A stretch of 64,000 nucleotides of DNA from Marinicella sp. (GTDB lineage Bacteria > Pseudomonadota > Gammaproteobacteria > Xanthomonadales > Marinicellaceae): assembly GCA_965230295.1 (NCBI GenBank), contig OZ246001.1, positions 1,120,001 to 1,184,000 of the forward strand. Reading direction: 5' to 3'. Under the pieces are notes generated by a model that saw nothing but the letters and a program-made list of their open reading frames with translations, ran no database searches and was not told the origin of the DNA. The position numbers were made by a program, and so were the translations under genes. The stretch's first letter is position 1. Each line of letters begins with the position of its first letter. Below, piece by piece: positions 39,950 through 49,106 of this stretch.

Positions 39950-40526
39950 CGATCAACGCCGCCAATATGGCTTTGGCTTTTTGCCATGTTCGATCAAGTG
40001 TCCTTTTTGAGACCCCCAAAATTTCTGCGGTCTCACTGACTGTCATCCCCACAAAATACCGCAAATGCACCACTTCGACCAAATTAGGATCCACATCTTT
40101 CAGTTGTTCCAAAGCTTCGTTCAAGGCCACCACTTGAAAACAATCCTGGGCTGTTTTTGTGGATTGTTCCTCATAAGTTACCTGTTGGTTTGCTGCCCCC
40201 CTCTTGTCAGACATTTGGCGCCTGGCCATATCAACCAATATGTGCCGCATTGACAAAGCTGCCGTTGAATAAAAGTGCCTGCGGTTACTCCATTTTTTTT
40301 CGTCCGAATTGACACTGAGTTTAAGGTAAGCTTCGTGCACCAAAGATGTGGTATCCAGGTCTTTGTTATTGACATGCTTTCTGAGTTTGGCATGGGCAAT
40401 GATTTTGAGTTCCTGATACAACAAGGCCTGCAACTTTTTATCTTGTAATGCGGCTTGTAAAGATTCATTGTTCAATACATTGGTGACAGAACCCATCATC
40501 AATCTCAGGGGTTGGTGTTCAATCAT
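39942..40526 (-). CDS. ECF sigma factor, TIGR02999/ECF43-like (EcfK/EcfP type)
   Basis: YQELKIIAH, LDTTSLVHEAYLKL, W.NRRHFY..AA.SMRHILVD.AR..KRG, LRYFVG..E.AE.LGVS.RT..R.W; start uncertain (40526 or 40499). Confidence 0.9.
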   Translation of the reverse strand: MIEHQPLRLMMGSVTNVLNNESLQAALQDKKLQALLYQELKIIAHAKLRKHVNNKDLDTTSLVHEAYLKLSVNSDEKKWSNRRHFYSTAALSMRHILVDMARRQMSDKRGAANQQVTYEEQSTKTAQDCFQVVALNEALEQLKDVDPNLVEVVHLRYFVGMTVSETAEILGVSKRTLDRTWQKAKAILAALIDE

Positions 40527-40598
40527 ATTACCACAGCCCTTGAGTTGCTCACAATGCCGATTAATTTTTAATCCAACCATCATTCTGAGATCTGTTGA

Positions 40599-42554
40599 TT
40601 ACTCAAAATCATCACTAAAAATGAGGTCATCTGACTCGAAAACCGCTCTTATCGTGTGGCTTGATTGCACATTGGTTAAACATTCATCGTCCTGGTTCAC
40701 CAAGGGACAGTTCAACCAACCGATGAAATCACTGCCTGACAATGGCGTGGCAATTAAGGTCACGATGGTGCCATTGAAATACACTTCTGAGCAGTCAACT
40801 CCACATGAGATACCACCCGGAATACTGACCACTGCCCCTTCACCAGAGCCTTCTTTTTGTATGGTCAATAAAAACTCATCTTCACCAATGCTGTCATACA
40901 CTTCGTCAAAACCAGCATCATACAAACCACCAGGATCACCAGGTAAGCCTTGTGGATTGGTGTTCTCATTGACCGGTGCATCTTGATTTTCAATATCGAC
41001 TTCAGTTGTCCAACTGAATGAATCTTGCAAACACATATCCACGCCAGGAGAACTGGCCAGTTGTCTGGCATCTCCAGCAGCTGGGTTGATCAGTTGAGGC
41101 GTGCCCATGTCGTAAATCCCGGTAGGCCAAGCATGGCTGTTGTCAATCAGGTTACATTGGCCGGTGATGATGGCCGAACCGCCAGATCGGTCATCAAAAC
41201 CCGATGAATCAGTGAGCACTGAGTTTTGAATGTCTATGAACCCCGTCAGCAAGACCGATACGTAAGAACCGGTATTTGAATCTGGTATGTGGTTATCAGC
41301 CATGGTCATGTGACTGACTTCAAATTCATCGTTGTTGTTATCAGAGCGCAACATCGCATTGGCGCTGTTTCTGATCATTCCAACCCGATTCATTCTGACC
41401 CTGGATCCACCGTTACTGGTGATCATGCCAACAGCCACTGGGGTGGGAGCGATGTATTCGCTTTGTTCAATGACAGTTCTGTTTAATTGAACCATCGAAT
41501 CATTCACATTAACCACGGAACGTTCATAACGCGCACCCTGAACCTCTGAACAACGGAACAGCAAATTGCAATCGTTGGTTTGGTCCATGATTAATTGGGG
41601 CGTTGCCGTGCCGCCTCCATTGGCGTAAATGGCTGCACCCTGATCGGCTTGTGGCGCATTGATGTGGGTGTTTTGTAACAGTACAAAACCGCTACCATTG
41701 ATGTAAATGGCGCCACCATTTTCTGCCACGTTGCCATCAAAAATGACCCGGTTGGCTCGGCCATCTGCGAACACTTCGCCGCCATTATCAACATATAAAC
41801 CGGCGCCTTCTTCTGCATCCATACCTGACAAGGTGCCCCGGCCTTCTATCCTGACTCCATCTTTAATTTCTAAGTAACAACCACTTCTGATGTGCAAATT
41901 ACCTCCCTTTAATCCCTGATTGCGATGTAATCTTCCACGTAAAATCACGGTCGAATTATTCCCGGTGCAATAAATGCCTCCACCCAGGATATTGTTGGTG
42001 TTGCCATTGAACTGAATCAATGAATTGGATAAGACATCCAAGTAGCTGCCACCTGAAACCACTATGCCTGATTGGTTGCTGCTCACTAAAACATTGTCCA
42101 AGGTGACCACAGCACCACCATTCAATACCAAGGCACGGGTGGCACTGGTCAAGGACATTTGAATGTTCCTGAAAGTCACCACAGAACTGCTTTCGTTCAA
42201 AGTATTGACCTCAAAAATTTCATTGTTGGTGTCACCGATGGTTGTTCTGCCGCTGACCGCTCCAAAACAATCCGGATAACCACCGACCAAGGTCAATTCA
42301 CCAGCACCTGATGAAGACCAGTCCTGCAGCACGTAACTGCCATTGCTGTTGCCTGTATAATTGACGGTGTTGGTCAATCGAATCTCATCTTGCGAATCAC
42401 CGTTCAAGGCCGCCACAAGCAGTGCTTGGTCTAATGTGCCAAAGACATTGCCCCCGTTGCAGTTGACTGAATTGCCAACCCAATAAAGACCTGACCAAGC
42501 TGAAGTGCTGAAAATAACCGTCAATGATAAAATAAATATTTTAGTTGTTTTCAT
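40599..42554 (-). CDS. Secreted beta-helix/Pmp-like protein with choice-of-anchor Q-like region, InlB-B-like domain and terminal IFSDDFE tag
   Basis: RBS GAGGG; signal peptide; GGGI/GGAI repeats; SPGVD..DAGFDE; GSGEGAV.S.PGGI.CG.DC..VTL.A.P..GS.F.GW; ends DDLIFSDDFE. Confidence 0.8.
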   Translation of the reverse strand: MKTTKIFILSLTVIFSTSAWSGLYWVGNSVNCNGGNVFGTLDQALLVAALNGDSQDEIRLTNTVNYTGNSNGSYVLQDWSSSGAGELTLVGGYPDCFGAVSGRTTIGDTNNEIFEVNTLNESSSVVTFRNIQMSLTSATRALVLNGGAVVTLDNVLVSSNQSGIVVSGGSYLDVLSNSLIQFNGNTNNILGGGIYCTGNNSTVILRGRLHRNQGLKGGNLHIRSGCYLEIKDGVRIEGRGTLSGMDAEEGAGLYVDNGGEVFADGRANRVIFDGNVAENGGAIYINGSGFVLLQNTHINAPQADQGAAIYANGGGTATPQLIMDQTNDCNLLFRCSEVQGARYERSVVNVNDSMVQLNRTVIEQSEYIAPTPVAVGMITSNGGSRVRMNRVGMIRNSANAMLRSDNNNDEFEVSHMTMADNHIPDSNTGSYVSVLLTGFIDIQNSVLTDSSGFDDRSGGSAIITGQCNLIDNSHAWPTGIYDMGTPQLINPAAGDARQLASSPGVDMCLQDSFSWTTEVDIENQDAPVNENTNPQGLPGDPGGLYDAGFDEVYDSIGEDEFLLTIQKEGSGEGAVVSIPGGISCGVDCSEVYFNGTIVTLIATPLSGSDFIGWLNCPLVNQDDECLTNVQSSHTIRAVFESDDLIFSDDFE

Positions 42555-42640
42555 GGGTATACCCTCAATATTAATTACTGGGGCATACGCAGAAACAATG
42601 GACATTGCGCCAAATGAATTTGATTTTTTATTTTGGACAT

Positions 42641-42666
42641 AAAAAAAGGCTCCTTGGGAGCCTTTC
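42641..42666 (-). terminator. Intrinsic terminator after the DAACS transporter gene
   Basis: AAAGGCTCC-N3-GGAGCC followed by T7 on the minus strand. Confidence 0.85.
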
Positions 42667-42688
42667 AATTCATTTAAATCATACAGAC

Positions 42689-43948
42689 CTATTCCTTGAT
42701 CACCCCTGCTTTAGGATCATCAAAAACGGTTTGGTCTAGTTGGCCCTGGGATTTGGCCACAATACAAGTCACTGCAGAATCGCCTGTGATATTCACTGCA
42801 GTGCGGGTCATGTCTAATAAGCGATCGATACCTAATATGATGCCGATACCCTCAATGGGTAAGCCCACCTGTAACAACACGCCTTGTAACATCACCAAGC
42901 CAGCAGAAGGTACGCCTGCAGAACCAATTGAAGCCATGGTGGCCATCAACACCACCATCATGATTTGCGTGGTGGTGAGGTCTACACCATAAGCATTGGC
43001 AATGAATACGGTGGCCACACCTTGCATGATGGCGGTGCCATCCATGTTGATGGTGGCACCAAATGGGATGGTGAATGACGCCACTGATTTATCAACACCC
43101 AACCGTTCCGTGTTGGTTCTGAGTGTGACTGGAATGGTGGCATTGGAACTGGAAGTACCAAAGGCAAATGACACAGCCCCTTCCATTTTTTTCAAGAACG
43201 TCAGTGGATTCAAGCCAGACAACAGTTTTAGCAAGACTGGATAAATCACCAAGGCATGGAAGATCAATAAACCCAGTACGGTAAAGAAATAACCAGACAA
43301 GGTTTTGATCGCATCCAATCCAAGTTCGGCGAAGACTTTGGCCAAAATGGCAAACACGGCATAAGGTGCGAAATGCATGATCAACATCACCAGCTTCATG
43401 ATCACTTCATTGAACGCCTTGAAGAAATCAATCACTTGTTCACCGGCTTTGCCAGCCATAGTCGCGCTTAAGCCAAGTAAGATGGCAAACACAATGACGG
43501 CCAACAGATTACCTTCTGCCATGGCTTTGATGGGGTTATCAATGATGCTTAAGATGACTTGTATGAATGTTTTACTTTCCTTCGGAACATAATTGATGTC
43601 TGTGGGAATCTCTGCCCCACTGCCTACCCCTATCAACAAGGCAAAACCCAAAGCAATGCCCAATGCAATGGCAGTGGTCAATAAATAGAAGGCCAGCGTC
43701 CGACCACCTATTGAACCCAGCATGGCCGGATCGCGTAATGCTGTGGTGCCACAGAACAAGGACACAAACACCAAGGGCACCACCATCATCTTCAAGGACA
43801 AGATGAATAACTGGCCAATGGTATAAAACAATCCATTGATGAGGTATTTATCTATCGCCGCATGGGCACTTAAATCTGAGAGGTTGAGGACCAGGCCCAA
43901 AATGGCACCGGCCACCATAAAGATGATGATTTTTTTGGTTAAAGTCAT
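42689..43948 (-). CDS. Dicarboxylate/amino acid:cation symporter (DAACS, GltP-like)
   Basis: LKMMVVPLVF, AFGTSSSNATIP, GATINMDG, GIDRLLDMTRT..N..GD. Confidence 0.93.
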   Translation of the reverse strand: MTLTKKIIIFMVAGAILGLVLNLSDLSAHAAIDKYLINGLFYTIGQLFILSLKMMVVPLVFVSLFCGTTALRDPAMLGSIGGRTLAFYLLTTAIALGIALGFALLIGVGSGAEIPTDINYVPKESKTFIQVILSIIDNPIKAMAEGNLLAVIVFAILLGLSATMAGKAGEQVIDFFKAFNEVIMKLVMLIMHFAPYAVFAILAKVFAELGLDAIKTLSGYFFTVLGLLIFHALVIYPVLLKLLSGLNPLTFLKKMEGAVSFAFGTSSSNATIPVTLRTNTERLGVDKSVASFTIPFGATINMDGTAIMQGVATVFIANAYGVDLTTTQIMMVVLMATMASIGSAGVPSAGLVMLQGVLLQVGLPIEGIGIILGIDRLLDMTRTAVNITGDSAVTCIVAKSQGQLDQTVFDDPKAGVIKE

Positions 43949-44028
43949 GTTGTTCTGAAATTTTTGATGCCATGAATGATAGCTCATTCATGGCAAGATT
44001 GCACCTGTGGTTATTCAGCGGCTCTCAG

Positions 44029-45612
44029 TCACCATTGATCAGCTTCAGCCATCTGCCAATCTGCCGACCAAGAATCTGGCCTGTTTGAGTCATCCAACAA
44101 AGCCCCTTTGGCAATGGTCGGGAACATCTCTTCATACGATTTGATGATGGTCCCTTGTAAGCGATGCATGATGTGAGCCGGCTTTAATTCGCCTATTGAT
44201 TTGGCACCCGCCGCACCCAGTAACTCGGCCAAATTTTTCATCATTTGTCCATGATACCTGGCGACTCTTTGGCTTTTATCGCTGACCACCAAACCCACCA
44301 CCCTGGCAGGATCCTGGGTGGCAATGCCAGTCGGACAATGATCGGTGTTACAGGCACGGGACTGGATACAACCCAAGGCAAACATCATGCCACGAGCTGA
44401 ATTGACCGTATCAGCTCCCAAAGCCAAAGCCTTGATCAAATGGAAAGCTGAAAAGATTTTACCCGCAGCAATGACCCTGATTTCATCACGCAAGCCCACT
44501 CCAATGAGCGCATTGTTAACGGTGATCAATGCATCTTTAAGCGGTGTCCCCACTGAATTGGTGAATTCGATGGGTGCCGCACCAGTGCCGCCTTCACTGC
44601 CATCAATGGTGATGAAGTCAGGTTTGATACCGGTTTCCACCATGGCTTTACAAATGGCCAGAAACTCGCTGCGTTTACCCAAACACATTTTAAAACCAAT
44701 CGGTTTACCATCTGACAATTCACGCAATTGTTTAACAAATTGCATCAACCCGACCGGTGAATCAAAGGCCGAATGGTTGGGCGGTGAAAGCACGTCTTTG
44801 CCCATCGAAACATGCCTGATTTCAGCAATTTCTTCAGTCAATTTGACCGCAGGCAAGATGCCACCATGACCGGGCTTGGCACCTTGTGACAACTTAATTT
44901 CAATCATTTTGACTTGTTCCAAAGCGGCTTTTTCTTTGAACAAGTCCGGATCAAAGTTGCCATCTTTATCACGGCAGCCGAAATAACCAGTCCCGAATTG
45001 AAAGATCAGGTCACCGCCATGTTTCTTGTGATAAGGGCTGATACCACCTTCACCGGTGTTGTGAGCGAAACCACCTTTCTTGGCACCCAAATTCAAGGCT
45101 TCGATGGCATTTTTGCTTAAGGAACCATAACTCATGGCAGAGATGTTCATGGGCTTGGCCATATAGGGTTGTTGACATTCCGAGCCACCAAATTTCACAT
45201 GTAAATCATGTGCTTCAATGTGGGTGGGTGAGACGGAATGGTTGATCCATTCATAACCGTCTTGGTTGACATCCATGATGGTACCAAATGGACGCGTGTC
45301 TTTTTGCCCTTTGGCCCGTTGGTATACCAAGGATCGAAATTCCCTGGGTACCGGCGTACCATTCAAATCTGATTCGATGAAATACTGTTGAATTTCAACC
45401 CGAAACGATTCCAACAAATAACGAAAGTGTCCCAATATGGGATATAAGCGTAAAATGGCTCTTTTGGTCTGAAACATGTCATACAATCCCAATACAGCCA
45501 AAGGTCCAATCAACACGAAAAACCACCATGCCATGGGCCAATACTGGGCCCACAACACCACCAAAGCTGGCACCACAATCAATGCCAACACAAACTTTTG
45601 TCTCACTGTCAT
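44029..45612 (-). CDS. FMN-binding glutamate synthase family protein with N-terminal TM
   Basis: ISAMSYGSLS, NTGEGG, EIKLSQGAKPGHGG, DGSEGGTGA, GCIQSRACNTDHCPTG. Confidence 0.92.
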   Translation of the reverse strand: MTVRQKFVLALIVVPALVVLWAQYWPMAWWFFVLIGPLAVLGLYDMFQTKRAILRLYPILGHFRYLLESFRVEIQQYFIESDLNGTPVPREFRSLVYQRAKGQKDTRPFGTIMDVNQDGYEWINHSVSPTHIEAHDLHVKFGGSECQQPYMAKPMNISAMSYGSLSKNAIEALNLGAKKGGFAHNTGEGGISPYHKKHGGDLIFQFGTGYFGCRDKDGNFDPDLFKEKAALEQVKMIEIKLSQGAKPGHGGILPAVKLTEEIAEIRHVSMGKDVLSPPNHSAFDSPVGLMQFVKQLRELSDGKPIGFKMCLGKRSEFLAICKAMVETGIKPDFITIDGSEGGTGAAPIEFTNSVGTPLKDALITVNNALIGVGLRDEIRVIAAGKIFSAFHLIKALALGADTVNSARGMMFALGCIQSRACNTDHCPTGIATQDPARVVGLVVSDKSQRVARYHGQMMKNLAELLGAAGAKSIGELKPAHIMHRLQGTIIKSYEEMFPTIAKGALLDDSNRPDSWSADWQMAEADQW

Positions 45613-45617
45613 TTAAT

Positions 45618-45968
45618 TCAAAACTCCTTCAATACCCAACGCACTGGTTTCACACCTGAGTTGATCAAATCTTTACCTGAGCCTTTCAACTTATCGCGTT
45701 CTAATGGATCGATAAAATAAGGCACACCGTCATTAGGAATGACTTTGACCAAAACCAATTCGCCACGCTGGCGGTATTCTTCAATGGTTTGTTTTTTCTG
45801 CACAATGACTTTCACGCTGGTGGCATCTGCCGCAGGCTGGGTCAATTCGGCCAAAGTTTCAGCATCAGCGCCTGGCGGTGAATCATCATCTTGATTGACC
45901 GTTTCAGTTTGTGACCAAGAAACACCACAAAATACCAGTCCCAGGGCCATCCAAATACATCTTCTCAT
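45618..45968 (-). CDS. DUF2782 family exported protein
   Basis: RBS GAGGAG; signal peptide; IEEYRQRG.L..VKV.P..G.PY..D; C-terminal W.L..F. Confidence 0.75.
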   Translation of the reverse strand: MRRCIWMALGLVFCGVSWSQTETVNQDDDSPPGADAETLAELTQPAADATSVKVIVQKKQTIEEYRQRGELVLVKVIPNDGVPYFIDPLERDKLKGSGKDLINSGVKPVRWVLKEF

Positions 45969-46126
45969 CTGCCTCTCCTCTTTGAGTTGAACCAAAACCC
46001 TTTCCGAGCCTTTGGCTTTAAATACTGACCCCTACAAACTGTAAATTATGACAAATAAATGCCAGCACACTTTGTACCCTCTCTTACATGATATAATGAA
46101 TACCCACATTTTGAAATCTGTTTTTA

Positions 46127-46621
46127 ATGTTAAACACCATGCCAAAACCTCAAAGTTTAATTGCCTTCTTGATGCTTACATCGCTGCTTATCGGCTGTTC
46201 TAACGAACCACAGTTAGACAAAAAAACCAAGTTGATGAACACCCTCACTGCCATGGAAACGGCCATTGAAGCCAAAGGTGTTGATGAATTTTTCACTCAT
46301 GTCAGTGATGACTTTGTCAGTCAGAAACGCGGCTGGGGTAAAAAAGATGCCGAACGTATATTGCGCATCAGATTGATGAAGAACAAAACAGTGCATGTAC
46401 ACCAAATGGTCAAGCGAGTTGAATGGCTGAACAACGGCGACCAGCAAGCCGAAGTTGAAGTGGTGGCGGCCATGGCTGGCACCGACATCAGCTTAAACGA
46501 CTTGCCTTCTTTCCGTGGTGACATGGTTAAATTCATCGTGACCTTTGAATTGATTAACGACGATTACATCATCACCCAAACCGAATGGCAACGAGCCAAC
46601 CCGGCAGATTTTGTGTTTTGA
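46127..46621 (+). CDS. Lipoprotein, probably NTF2/SnoaL-like fold
   Basis: Lipobox LLIGC; AIE.K....F..VSDDF pattern. Confidence 0.65.
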   Translation: MLNTMPKPQSLIAFLMLTSLLIGCSNEPQLDKKTKLMNTLTAMETAIEAKGVDEFFTHVSDDFVSQKRGWGKKDAERILRIRLMKNKTVHVHQMVKRVEWLNNGDQQAEVEVVAAMAGTDISLNDLPSFRGDMVKFIVTFELINDDYIITQTEWQRANPADFVF

Positions 46622-46676
46622 TGAGCAGTTGTTAAAAAGAACAACTTAACCAATGTAACCAGAAATAACCAACCAC

Positions 46677-46710
46677 CGAATTCCCGGCGAAGGCCGGGAT
46701 CCAGTGTCTT
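46677..46710 (+). repeat. REP-like palindrome, family 1 copy 1
   Basis: TCCCGGC-GAAG-GCCGGGA hairpin followed by TCCAGTGTCTT; 28/34 identical to the reverse complement of 56761-56794. Confidence 0.75.
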
Positions 46711-46785
46711 TCTGAATCATCATTCAGCCATCATGATATTTGATTCTCGGAGGTAGAAGCAAATCATGAGGTGGCAACAGCAATT

Positions 46786-47505
46786 TTAAACGGATTCAAC
46801 TGCCTCACACATGGCCCCATCACTGGGGTTTGCGGCCACATGGATGTCGGTAAAGCCCAGCTCTTGGGCTGCTTCCTTGATTCGATCAGACGCTACCACC
46901 AATGGCAAATCCAAAATTTGGGCCGCATTTAGAGTGTCTATTTGACCCATAAAATGCTGCAAAATGCCAACACTGGTGGCAGTCAAAACCACAGCATCCA
47001 TGTTTTTTAACAAGGCATTCAGTGCTGAATTCTCCAGGGACAAAGGTACCCGTTCATAAGTATTGATTTGGCTGTAACTGATGCGCTGTTGCATGCAATA
47101 CTTTTTGATCAAATCCCGTCCACTGCTGGCAGTTAAAATCTTGATTGAATCAGGCTTTAACTGTTGTATCAACTCAATCACCCCTTCTGAATTCATTTGA
47201 GGGTGTGAAGCAATGGGGTGGTTAAAATGTTGTTGCCAGGCTTTTACTACGGCCGGTCCGACTGCAATCACTGGTGTGTTTGTTTCAGGCTGCCAATCTG
47301 GGGCTATCAACAACGCATGTTCGAGGGCATTCACACTGAGAATCACCCACACATCAGCGTGGCTTTGAAGCCATTTACCTTGCACCGATGGATTGGTTTG
47401 AATGGCAAAACATGGCGCCAAAAACACATCAAACCCTGCTTGTTGGTATACCGCAGCGGTTTGTTCAAGGCTGGTTTGGGGGCGTGTGAGGATGACTGTG
47501 GTCAT
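46786..47505 (-). CDS. hemD: Uroporphyrinogen-III synthase
   Basis: ILTRP, SVNA, AVGP, SEG, GRDL, YER, SDRI; follows hemC. Confidence 0.85.
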   Translation of the reverse strand: MTTVILTRPQTSLEQTAAVYQQAGFDVFLAPCFAIQTNPSVQGKWLQSHADVWVILSVNALEHALLIAPDWQPETNTPVIAVGPAVVKAWQQHFNHPIASHPQMNSEGVIELIQQLKPDSIKILTASSGRDLIKKYCMQQRISYSQINTYERVPLSLENSALNALLKNMDAVVLTATSVGILQHFMGQIDTLNAAQILDLPLVVASDRIKEAAQELGFTDIHVAANPSDGAMCEAVESV

Positions 47506-47511
47506 CTGGGC

Positions 47512-48426
47512 TCACTCTGCCAAAGCCAATATTTCTGCGGCCCCTTGGCTCAACAGTTCATCGGCCACATAATCACCCAGCTTTTGTGGATCATAGCCTT
47601 GTTGTTTGGCGGTCACAGCCTGGCTTCCATCGGGTGAAAAAACAGCAGCCTTCAGAGCTATGGTGTCATCAAGGTGGTAGGTGGCCAGTGCGCCTATGGC
47701 TACCGAACATGAACCATTCAGCTTTGAATTCAAAGCCCTTTCTGCCTGGACACATTGCCATGTTTGCTGGTCTGATAAAGCAGCCAGCACTTGTGCCAAT
47801 TCAGTGTTATTCGCCAGACACTCAATGCCCACCGCGCCTTGTGAAACCGCTGGCAACCAATCAGGTGCCGTCAATCGACTTTTGATGCGATCATCAAAAC
47901 CCAATCTGATTAAACCAGCTGAGGCCAAAATGATGGCATCGTATTGTCCATCATCCAATTTTTGCAGCCGGCTGTTTACATTGCCACGCAACGGTTGAAT
48001 GTCCAGATCAGGCCTTATTGACAACAACTGGGATTGGCGACGCAAACTTGAAGTGCCTACCACAGCACCAGATGGCAAGTCAGCCAGCTGTTGGTAATGG
48101 TTGGAAACAAAGGCATCACTTTCATCAGCCCTGGGAAACACCGCACATATCTGAAATTCTGCAGGCAGATCAGCGGGTACATCCTTCATGGAATGTACCG
48201 CAATGTCGGCTTGACCTGCCAACATGGCCTGTTCAAGTTCCTTTAAAAACAGGCCTTTGCCACCGATTTTATTTAAAGTCACTTCCAAACGTTGATCACC
48301 TTCTGTTGTCATCGGTAACAATTGGGTCTTGAACGGGGTTTTGGCTTCGATGATGGCAGCCACATATTTACTTTGCCACAAGGCCAAGGCCGATTCACGG
48401 GTAGCGATGGTGATGGTTTTTTTCAT
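47512..48426 (-). CDS. hemC: Hydroxymethylbilane synthase
   Basis: IATRESALALWQ, GGKGLFLKELE, AVHSMKDVP, GTSSLRR, RGNV. Confidence 0.97.
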   Translation of the reverse strand: MKKTITIATRESALALWQSKYVAAIIEAKTPFKTQLLPMTTEGDQRLEVTLNKIGGKGLFLKELEQAMLAGQADIAVHSMKDVPADLPAEFQICAVFPRADESDAFVSNHYQQLADLPSGAVVGTSSLRRQSQLLSIRPDLDIQPLRGNVNSRLQKLDDGQYDAIILASAGLIRLGFDDRIKSRLTAPDWLPAVSQGAVGIECLANNTELAQVLAALSDQQTWQCVQAERALNSKLNGSCSVAIGALATYHLDDTIALKAAVFSPDGSQAVTAKQQGYDPQKLGDYVADELLSQGAAEILALAE

Positions 48427-49106
48427 AATTCCTTGAGTAACTTCTTAACTGTGGGTAACTGCCGTCGGCTGATGACCGGTTGAATGCTGACATTTTCCAG
48501 CAATGCCATCGGTGACTGCCCAGAACTGAGGTGAATACCCTTCAAGTATTGGGTGTTGATCAAGGCATTGCGATGAATCCTAAGAAACATGGGATGTGAA
48601 TTTTCAATCTCTGCCAAACTCTGATCCAATAAAATGGTTTGGTCACTTAAATGAGCTGTCACGTATTTATCTTCAGCCATCAAACAAATGATGTCATTGA
48701 TACTCACCATGATCACATCGTTGCCACGTTTGACCCGTATTTTATCATGAGTACAACTGAAGCCAACTTTTTCTATCGCCTGTTTCAACCGATCCAATGA
48801 CAACGGTTTCAACAAATAATCGGCAGCGGACAGATCAAAGGCTTTCAAGGCAAATTCATCATGGGCTGTTGAAAACACGATTGGGATACTCGGGTGTTGT
48901 TGCTTGATGATGGCCGCGGCTTCAATGCCATCCAATTCCGGCATTTCAATGTCCATAAACACCAGGTCCGGCAAATGTTTACTGACCATGGCCACCCCTT
49001 CGGCCCCATGACTGGCCTCAATCACTTGATCAAACTCAAGGTGGTTGAGCATTGATTTTAAGCGCATCCTGGCCAATGGTTCATCATCGACTATCAATAT
49101 ATTCAT
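48423..49106 (-). CDS. algR: LytTR family response regulator (AlgR-like)
   Basis: IVDDEPLAR, DIEMP, AEDKYV, FLRIHRNAL, ISRR; algZ-algR-hemC-hemD synteny. Confidence 0.85.
   Translation of the reverse strand: MNILIVDDEPLARMRLKSMLNHLEFDQVIEASHGAEGVAMVSKHLPDLVFMDIEMPELDGIEAAAIIKQQHPSIPIVFSTAHDEFALKAFDLSAADYLLKPLSLDRLKQAIEKVGFSCTHDKIRVKRGNDVIMVSINDIICLMAEDKYVTAHLSDQTILLDQSLAEIENSHPMFLRIHRNALINTQYLKGIHLSSGQSPMALLENVSIQPVISRRQLPTVKKLLKEL

Noticed and set aside
42555-42668. Upstream extension of the 689-aa ORF
   Set aside because: It crosses a terminator; the signal peptide and RBS point to ATG 42554
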